This document shows positions 54,048 through 64,000 of a DNA stretch of 64,000 nucleotides, piece after piece (position 1 is the stretch's first letter; each line of letters starts with the position of its first letter). The DNA is from Chrysomallon squamiferum (Eukaryota > Animalia > Mollusca): positions 7,316,001 to 7,380,000 of the forward strand of contig CM022677.1 in the NCBI GenBank assembly GCA_012295275.1. The letters run 5' to 3'. The notes beneath the pieces were generated by a model, which was not told where the DNA came from, searched no databases, and saw nothing but the letters and a program-made list of their open reading frames with translations. The position numbers and the translations under genes are program-made.

Positions 54048-54246
54048 ACAAATATCTTAATTCTAAAATTTAAAAATTATTTTGAAAAGTTCATCATCGA
54101 GTATTTTCCCGTATTTTCCCGTAGTATGGTTAAAGAGAAATTTATTTATTTACTTATATTGGCAGTTTATTGTTACTACTTATTACAGTTACATAAGTGT
54201 TTGTGTGTGTGCGCGCGTGCGTGCGTGCGTGTGTGTGTATGAGTAT

Positions 54247-54283
<37 letters not shown>

Positions 54284-55290
54284 TGTGTGTGTGCTTTTTC
54301 TAATGTTTACAGTTGCTTTATATTCCGCCTGTCACTTGTATGATGAAAAGCGGAGGAATTGCAGGAGTAATTATCAGCTCGGGAGTGGTGGGTGTTACGG
54401 GTTCTTGTTTCACGTCTAGCGACAAGGTTCAACACGTTGCCAAGTAACGCGAGTTCCTTTTCTTTTTCTATAAAAGAAGCGAGATTGTTTTAAATTATTA
54501 TTTATTAGTGGAGAAGTGTCGACAAGTCGCTGTCCACTGAAAGCTCTGGGTAACAAGTTTTATATATATATATATATATATACATACATACATACATATA
54601 TTTACTGTTAATTTTATCCATCTATGATATTCTTTACTGATAGTGAATGTTCGGCAATAACCCGAATACAGTTTTAAAAATGACTTGTGTCTGTTGCTTC
54701 TAGTGTATAAAAAGGAGATATGGTATCCGTCTATCTATCTATCTATCTATTATATATATAATACTATTACAGCTACAGCAACAACTAATATTGTTGTTTG
54801 AGTGTGTGTGTGGGTGTGTGAAAGTGATTTGTTCTGTAATCTATTTTAGAAAGATGACGTCACAATATTTATTTTTAGCATCATATCTCTCTACTTTTGC
54901 TTAGGAAGTGTTAGAAAACTGAAATCAAACTGAATATGAAAAAAAATAAAAATAAAAATAAATAAAACAAAATGAAACAATAATATATGGTTTTGTTCGT
55001 CATCCTAAAAATTCTCAAGTCTCAGTACCGGCCGTTCCCCTCCTCTGTGATTATTGTGAATCAGACCCTTGCTCCAACTAACTCGAGCGTGCAGAGAGAA
55101 GAAACAATTAAATATGCTTTGTAACTTTGGGCTTTAAAAGACGAGTTTACAGATCCCCAGTGTTTTATCCAGTTTAGTATCTAGTCACGTTATTGAGATA
55201 TCAGTTACTATATTTTGTTGTTTGTAAGTAGTAGAGAGAGGGGGTCAAAGACCATCCTTCATATCTGTGAATAGAACATTTTATACATAT

Positions 55291-55336
<46 letters not shown>

Positions 55337-55814
55337 CAGTGATAGTAATAACATCGTTTATTAAGCGATCCTGGCATTTTAATATTGGCTGTTTGGCTGA
55401 CTGTCGTATAAATTTCCTAGAGAAATTGTTATTTTATTTAATTGCAGTGTTATGTTTTTAGATGTTGATTATTTATACGTACTGTTCCTTATGATGTATT
55501 ACTAAAATACTTTTCACACATGATTAATTACAGTTCTTAGTAGTAGTAGTAATTGTAGTAATAGCAGTAGCAGTAGTGGCCGTTGGAGTAGTAGTAATAA
55601 CTAATACAGATATTAGCAGTAGTATTTACAGTTGACTTTTAGTAGTAGTAGTACTAGTAACAGTAGTAGTAATAGAAGTAGTAGAACTAGTAATACTAGT
55701 AATAGTAATAATAATAATAGTATGCAAACAAACGCAAACAGTTGTTTTGCTACTACTACTGCCACTATAATAATAATAATGATAATAATAATAATAATAA
55801 TAATAATAATTATA

Positions 55815-55879
<65 letters not shown>

Positions 55880-56809
55880 GTCATGCGATCTTGCTTTCTA
55901 TGACAACATGTTAGTTGAGAAGCCAATTAAACAAATATATATTTACATATAAAACATTTAAAAGAAGAAAAATTTCGAAGGTTTTCGTTAAAACGACGTT
56001 CTCTTTCAGAACTGATTCACTTTTACCAAAAATCTATAAATTGTCAGTTTGTGCTGAATGAAGACACGCTTCAGATTAACTGATATTTAAATCTGCACAA
56101 AAGTTGGACTAACCTAAACCTAACCAAAACCCTAACCAAAATGCTAACCATACTTCTGAAACTCCTCATATGATTTTCCAGGTCTTGCAGCTTTTTCAGC
56201 TATTTAAATTAACCCTGGGCATAAACCTTACTCGAAACAGTGTGATAAAATTAAGGATGTTTTGAAATAAATCTAACCAAATAATTTCCTATCATTTAAC
56301 AATGTTTCCAAATAAACTAAAGACAAAATATTTTGATAAATGTATATTAAATCACCTAACTTTAACCCACTATGAAAGATTTACTAAAATAATAATTTTT
56401 TTCTCTCTCACAATATTTAACTTTCAACATGTTTTATAATGCATTTAACATTTTGTATAAGCAGTAAAAATTTAAAAACTGGACTTCATTTGTGTCAGGA
56501 ACTGAAGTTTCCATTAATTAATACTGAACCTCAACTATTTTTAGTCATAATAATTATAAGCTTTTCAGAGTTATGGCCCTTTGTTTATATAAAAATATGT
56601 TCTCGAGCCAGGTCAGTCAATGAATTCATCTTTACTCATTTTACATCCATCATTAATTCCAGTACAGTCATTCCGTCAACAAGAGATAACGTTCTCCAGT
56701 CGATCAAGTACACACTCCAGTTGTTTTATTTCTTTGTCACTTGAACTGTTTTCTGAACGTGATCTTTTCCATCTTCTTGTTTGTTATAAACCAGTCTGTT
56801 ATATGTAAC

Positions 56810-57421
56810 ATGGACAACGATACATCATCTGATTAGTCCGATTTGTACTGTCTTTGGTTGATGAAAATATGGTAACGCTATATATTATTACACCTATGGG
56901 CCATTGGGATATTCTGTAACGACTCGGATATACACTGAAGTTGATTTTTGCATATTTTGCATAAAATATTGGTGTGATCAATACTGTAATAGTTTAATCT
57001 GATTTTTAACCCCTAAAAACATGTGTATAGACACCAAAATTATTTTGATACCATGTGTAGTTACTGAAATATTGACGAAAATGAGATTTTCAGTAATGGC
57101 AGCCGTAATATGCCTATTCAGCACAATACATTGGTGTGATTTTGACTGAAATGGCTTAATCTGATTCTTTACCCCTCAAAACATGGGAAAAGACACCAAA
57201 ATTATTTTTATACTATGTATAGTTACTGAGATATTGACGAAAACAAGATGTTCAGTAATGGCGGCCTTAATTTGCATATTGTGCGGATTGCCCAAGGATG
57301 ACAGAGTGGCATCATTCAGATTCTTAAAGAGCACATCTCGGAGGTATAGAAACAGCAAAAAAACTTTGTACGGACTGTATTGCAAGGTTCTCCAAAAATC
57401 TGGGGTTTGGCAACCGGACTA
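56810..57421. mobile_element. Second copy of the 147-bp-repeat transposon end, carried in the segmental duplication
   Basis: It is collinear with and highly similar to 34710-35324, with the same flanks. Confidence 0.5.
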
Positions 57422-58887
57422 TAGATAGTGATGGCGGCGTTAAAACTGCAGTGTTATTTTCATGTGGCCGTGTGAAGTTAATCCTAGTTTTTCAGTGAAT
57501 CATGTTCTGGTGTTTATAAAATGTTACACTAGATGCCCCCTCTTTATTTCTCGATATATTTTTGACGTCACATATAAAGCTACTGTTATTTTAAAGAATT
57601 ACAACAACGAAGCTCCATCAATAGTACAATCATACCTGTAATATTCAGTGCAATTTGTCGTATAACTACCTGAATATCATCTCGTTCAAGAAGGATAGTT
57701 GAGAAATTTAGAAATAAAGAGGCCTTCCAGATTCCAATTCTCTGTTACTAACAAAATCAGGATTAGTTTTTAGCTGCACCTGAGATGGTGTTGATAATTA
57801 AATATTGATTTTTTTTTCTAGACAGGAGTGTATTTAAAAGCTGAGGTTACACTTGAAATATTAGCAAATAGTTAATTACATTTGAGTGATATTAATATTT
57901 CTAGTTGGAAGTGCAGTGAATATTCAGGAATAAAATGTAGCAGCCAGATACAAATGACATTTCATTAGCAACTGTGATATTAATGTGATGTTTCTCAACG
58001 GAATTTGTGTTTTTTTTACTATATCAGGTCAGAATAATTTGTTACTCAGCAAAAATAACGTAGTGTTTTTGTTAAGACAATACACTATTTACGTTAATAA
58101 TTTTACGCTGCTTAATTTTTTCATGTCAACATTGTTTAAATAGTTTTAGATGTTATTAGCTTGATCCACAGAATATATTGTGTGGTATCTGAAAGATAAC
58201 AGTGGATTTTTTAATAGTCTTGTCATTCTGCTTGAGACATGTGATCCAGAAAAAAATGAGAACATATAAAAACATTTAATGACATAAAATTCGCTCAGTT
58301 TAAGTCTATAAATTTAATTAATAAAAGTTAATATTATCAAATTTTAATTGACGTTTTATTTACTACAAGAATTAATTTGATTAATCTGAAATACATAAAC
58401 ATTTTGAGGTTTATTAAACGATTTTTATTAGGTATATATTTGTTTCACATTCATTATTATAATTACAAATAATTCTTTTACTAAAGAATTTGAACTTTTG
58501 CGAAGGGAGACAACTGTAACAGAGCATTCCATACAACGTCATTCAATGATGCGAACTCTTTCATTGAAAGAAAAATAAAAGATATTGTTATACTTGGCGA
58601 TATGCATTCTTGTCTATACAAAATATGATGGAAAATAGAAAAAAGTTAGATTCAACGAAATCGTATCTGTTGTTACAGCAGAAGAAATCGACTTCGCAGC
58701 AAAATAAAATACGGTTAAAAGAAAAAGATAAGTGACAATTTTAAATAATCATACAACGAGCTCGCTATCTGTGACGATAGCATTGTTATTATAACCTGTT
58801 TTTTTAATATTACAGAACACAACGAAACAAACTTTTTGTGGAAAAACTGTCAATGAATGTGGGAAATAAATAAATAAATAAATAAAT

Positions 58888-58988
<101 letters not shown>

Positions 58989-59326
58989 AACTACTAAAAG
59001 ATAAATAACATTGGTAATTGAAACGGTGTAGCAGCCAGTGCGGTATCTTTCCCTCAGCCTGAAAACAAATATTAATGAATAACGATGTGTGTGTGTGTGT
59101 GTATGTGTTTGTAGGTGTGTTTATCTGTGTGTGTGACTGTGTGTTTGTGTGTATGTGTGTATGTGTGTATGTGCGTTTGTGTTTGTGTATATATAATATT
59201 TACTTGTACCATTTTTTTTTTTTACAAAGATTTGTTTTCTATTTAACTGCTTTGCTGAATAAAACTAATCAAATATATCAATTTTCTCAACATTAATATA
59301 AGCAGTCGAATTCAGTCTAGTCAGCC

Positions 59327-59505
59327 CAGAGCCGGATTTATCAATAAATCATTATGTAAATGTAAAACCATGTTTTTACTTTCAACTAGATCATAAGTCA
59401 TAACTATTCATATTATATGAATAGGTGAGGGGGACTTGAGCCTAGAGGCGGGGGCGGTAAAATGTCTTTAGCTTATGGGAGGCAAGCTCATTAAATCCAA
59501 CCCTG
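59327..59505. mobile_element. Duplicated, internally deleted copy of the hAT MITE
   Basis: It has the same TIRs and the same AGTCAGCC TSD as 38019-38282, so the insertion predates the duplication. Confidence 0.8.
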
Positions 59506-60187
59506 AGTCAGCCACACGGAACTCTCTTTTTTCTTACTTAAGTACATATCTTTTTTACTTTCCTGTTGTATTTATAAAAATAAATGTTAGTTTAGGTATA
59601 TGTTTGTGTGGGTGTCGTTTTTATTATTTTATTGTTGTTATTATTATTTATTTATTTACCCTTGTTTAGAAGTCTTTAATATTTACAGACGCTAACACAA
59701 TAGATATATACTGTAATAAAATATTTTATCATTGTTAATCTTCATGTACTTAGACATTTAATATAAATGTATTTGTCTTGACTCATTATTTATTTACACT
59801 GTGTCACTTTTCACTTGATTCACATTAAACACTCCTTAATACAATTTTAAACATTGATCGCACACACACACAAACACACACACACACACACTTTTGTTTT
59901 AAGAGAAATAAACTTGAAATTTAGTGCTATTATGAATTGTTTGATTGGATTATTTGTTGTTTTAACGCATACACAGTTTTCATATATGCGATATCTTACA
60001 CAGACTACACAGTTTGGTAAATTCCTGGACAATAATTAGCAACTTACTGTAGTGTGAGTTCTAAGTTTTGTGATTTTATTTGGTGCATTAACATAAATTA
60101 AGAAGAAGAAAGAAAAAATAGGGTGAAAAAAAATAACAACACCGTTTATTTGTAAAATGAACCATATCGATTTATAATTTGATTAAA

Positions 60188-60387
60188 NNNNNNNNNNNNN
60201 NNNNNNNNNNNNNNNNNNNNNNNNNNNNNNNNNNNNNNNNNNNNNNNNNNNNNNNNNNNNNNNNNNNNNNNNNNNNNNNNNNNNNNNNNNNNNNNNNNNN
60301 NNNNNNNNNNNNNNNNNNNNNNNNNNNNNNNNNNNNNNNNNNNNNNNNNNNNNNNNNNNNNNNNNNNNNNNNNNNNNNNNNNNNNNN
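60188..60387. other. Assembly gap (200 N)
   Basis: Run of N. Confidence 1.
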
Positions 60388-60801
60388 CCAACTTCATATA
60401 AATATTTTACAAATAAATATCTGCATTCTATTACTATCATCACCGTCACCATCATTGCCTTTTTACATCATCATCACTGTTTTATTCTACATTATCATCA
60501 TCATCATCATCATGACATCTTTTACATCATGATCATCATCACTGCCATTTTCTACGTCAACATCGTCATCATCATCCCATTATTATTATTACTATGAACA
60601 TAAGAATAAGAACTTTTTGAAATAGTTAAGTTCAGCCATAGCAGCAGAATAAAATATATAATAGAATAGTAAAATATATAGTAGAATATATAGATGAATA
60701 AATATTTCTATTTTTGATCAGTAGAATAAAAAAAAAAAAAAGATGGATACCAGCTGAAGGAAAACTAATACACCTAGAGTGATGTTGTAAGGCTTCAAAT
60801 A

Positions 60802-61830
60802 TTACTCATATCCTAGTAGAAGACAAAATTCGATTAGCAAAGAAGTTTTTCCAAAACAGAGAAGTAAATATACGACTAATAACAGACTGATTGTTAATGT
60901 GTCCAGCTGGAAAATTTCGTCCGACTTTCCTGACTCTGAGACGTGGCAATTTCCATTTCTTGTGGTGTGCACGATGATGGTGAATCTTTCAGAGCAAACT
61001 GGACAATTTATTCTGCTTCTAGACCACCTCAACAAACAGCTGAAAAAACCCCTCATGTAAACATGAGTCTTCATGACATCCATCATCCTCTGCTTTCCGT
61101 TTTCTAGATGTTGATATCTCTGGTCCTCCACATGATGTTTCTCCAGAGTAACTTTCTGAAATTATATTTTTTGTTGTTTGAACTATTTCTATTTTTATTT
61201 TATTTTATTTGCAGTAAACTGGATTCAGCAATGGTGAGTGATGCTGATGTTGATGTCCCTGAAATTTCTCCTTGTGATGTTTCTCCAGAGTCACTTTCGG
61301 AAGACATTCAAACTTTTGGAGGCTTCTCCGGGCATTCATCATCCTCTGCTTTCCGTTTCCTAGATGTTGATGACCCTGGTCTTTCTCCACGTGATGTTTC
61401 TCCTGAGTCACATGTTTAGTTTCAGACTGTTGTATTGATTCAGCAGTGGTGGTTGATGCTGATGTTGATTTCCTTGGTCTTTCTCCAAGTGATGTTTCTC
61501 CAGAGTCACATTTTGAAGTTTCAGACTGTTGTATTGATTCAGCAGTGGTGGTTGATGCTGATGTTGATGTCCCTGGTCTTTCTGCTCTGTGATGTTTCTC
61601 TAGAGTCACATTTTGAAGTTTCAGACTGTTGTGTTGCTTCCGCAGTGGTGGTTGATGCTGATCTTGATGTTCTTGGTCTTTCTCCACGTGATGTTTCTCC
61701 TGAGTCACTTTCGGAAGACTTTAGAACTGTTGGAGTCTTCTCCGGGCATTCATCATCCTCTGCTTTCCGTTTCCTAGATGTTGATGTCCCTGGTTCTCCA
61801 CATGATGTTTCTCCAGAGTAACTTTCTGAA
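60802..61830 (-). pseudogene. TOPORS-like RING remnant preceded by Ser/Thr-rich coding repeats of about 99 bp
   Basis: It reads DSCLHE-[frameshift]-FFSCLLRWSRSRINCPVCSERFTIIVH, resembling the second half of the TOPORS RING (CLHKFCFRC...W...CPLCK..F.SI.H). The first CxxC is absent. Upstream are repeats SGETSxGERPRxSTSASTTTAES and RKRK motifs, with frameshifts. Confidence 0.6.
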
Positions 61831-61895
61831 ATTATATTTTTGTTGTTAGAACTATTTCTATTTTTATTTTATTTTTTATTGCAGTAAACTTTCCT

Positions 61896-61937
<42 letters not shown>

Positions 61938-63959
61938 CTACTGCTAGTAACAAAAGGATAAGTACTCCTGCGTTATTCGAGTTATCGGCAGAAAATTAGG
62001 TTTTGCATATTCGTTTATTTTTTTTATCCATCTGAAGACACTGTTTGTTCCAGTAAGTCTATTTTACACGTGTACACTAGTGTGAAATTTATAAATTTAT
62101 TAAAATGTTATAAAGAAGATTCCCACTGAGCTATTGCGAGTTAGTTCTAGTTCAGAAATTTGATTTACAGTGAAACTAGAAAATCGGGGAGCGTCGTGGG
62201 TACGACCTCCATTTCCATATTTCTTATGTTTTATGCATCTTCAGCATCACTTAATGAAGAATAAATACATAAAATAAAAACTAATTTAACTTGTCTCATA
62301 ATATTTTATTATCATTTAGTGGATTTTTAGAAATGCATCTTGTAGTAATTATTGTAGATATATAGCATTTGTAGTTTAGTTCCCTTTAATATTAATAAAA
62401 AAATGTATTATTAATTAGTTATTTCTGTCATTGTCATTATTGTAATTTTATTATTACTTTTTTATTCATTTATTTATAAATTTATTATTAATTTGTTATT
62501 GTCATTATTGTAATTTATATATCATTTTTAATATTATTTTATTATTTATTAAACTTTAAAAAAAATAAACATAAACTGATAATTTACACAATTATTATTA
62601 CTTTTGAATTTACATTAATATTGCTTGATTTGCTTGTAATACAGTTTAATAGAATGTTCTATTTAATTGATATACAAGACATTAAATGTTATAATATAAT
62701 AAATATACATTATAAACTATGTAGAAATTAATATAAATATGTTTTTGTTTGTGTGTTTTTGTATATATTAGTGTAAGTTTGTTCTTGTTTAGTCAGAAAC
62801 ACAAATGCACATACACACATACATAAATGTGCACAAGCATGCACATGCACACAAACACACACACACACACAATAGTTTTACATTTTTAATTCTGTAAATA
62901 TTTAAATAGATTATTACTGTTATAATTTTTGAGTCTTCCATGAAATAAATATTTGATAACAACACTTTTTATTCCATTTAAAATTTATTTTAATTTGAAA
63001 ATTTTATATTTCATTGACTATTATTCCTTATCATTTTCGTTAACTTGAAAATTTGTATTTACTCCTATATATATATATATATATATATTCCTTTGTTTCC
63101 TTTTGAGTAATATTTAAGAATAAGTATAACTTTTCCAGCAACTATTATTTATATGTTGAGAATTGAGTTAAAATTCAAAATATTCTTAGACTCAATTTTA
63201 TACAATTATTGCCTTCACAAAGTATACAAATCATTTCATTTTATTTTGTAATTTGTCCTGTTTTGTGTGAATGAATACCCCAATTATTTATTTATTCATT
63301 TATTCATTATGATATTATAAGTAACTGACCATGGATAATAATTTTCATAACATAAGGGAAATAACTCTCTTTTGATAAAACTTTAGTTATATTGTTAAAA
63401 ACATATGAAATAAATAAAGAATACAATTTCCCACCCAAATTAAAAACAAAAACAATAATAATTAACACCCTGAAAACAATTTTATATCTTTTTTATTTAC
63501 CAAGAAACAGTAACAATGAATTAAAAAATCAAATTCAACAGCAAAATTGTAACAAATATAAAAATTAATTAATTAAAAATAACAAAAATATCATAAAAAG
63601 AAAATATAATTTAACTACAGCTGTTACTAATTTATGACCTGTTTTAAATTAGTACATCGAATAATTAATTACTTTATTTAACAGGAGCTAGTAATAAAAA
63701 TTGATCTAGACATCTGTTTTGTATTAAAGTTTACTAAATAAATTGATTTAATGCTTTATCTTCTGAGTTTATATTCTATTTTGTGCAGACATAAATGCAT
63801 GCACTCATATAACACAAGGAAAAGACACTAAAGAAACTAACACATATACAAACATTACAATACTCACACAACAGAAAATACACAGTCTCACACACAAACA
63901 TTCACTTAGGCAAAACTGACACAAACAGACATACCAACATACATACTGACACATACACA

Positions 63960-64000
<41 letters not shown>

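Noticed and set aside
54335-54545. Possible C/D snoRNA (ATGATGA ... CTGA)
   Set aside because: The boxes are about 200 nt apart with no convincing terminal stem or recognisable guide sequence.
56108-56150. Telomere-like CCTAAC repeats
   Set aside because: The units are few, irregular and internal, and are more likely a repeat fragment.

Overview
This is AT-rich, microsatellite-dense animal genomic DNA with spliceosomal introns and two 200-N scaffold gaps. A mollusc or cephalopod origin is my inference from repeat style only. The window is a segmentally duplicated patch of genes that are being copied and lost. It holds three copies of an Asteroid/FAM120-like (FEN1/XPG-type PIN) nuclease gene: copy 1 shows only exon 1 in the window, copy 2 is a reconstructable 8-exon model of about 575 aa, and copy 3 is an inverted, frameshifted exon-2 remnant. 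It also holds an ankyrin-plus-mono-ART PARP pseudogene, a second ankyrin remnant, a B-box-less RING/coiled-coil/NHL TRIM-like gene with two 1-bp lesions, a TOPORS-like RING remnant and a decayed receptor guanylate cyclase. Mobile element relics (hAT, mariner, Tigger, Gypsy, MITEs) and a 32-bp palindromic minisatellite are interspersed. The strongest signal is in PIN exon 1. My hand codon alignment of copies 1 and 2 gives 31 of 121 codons different, all changing the amino acid, with no silent differences in the other 90 codons and a near-identical flanking intron. The changes cluster in the region equivalent to the FEN1 helical arch. This suggests a diversifying, possibly antiviral or anti-transposon, nuclease family beside PARP/TRIM/RING genes. 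Gene models and family calls were made by eye, without database searches.
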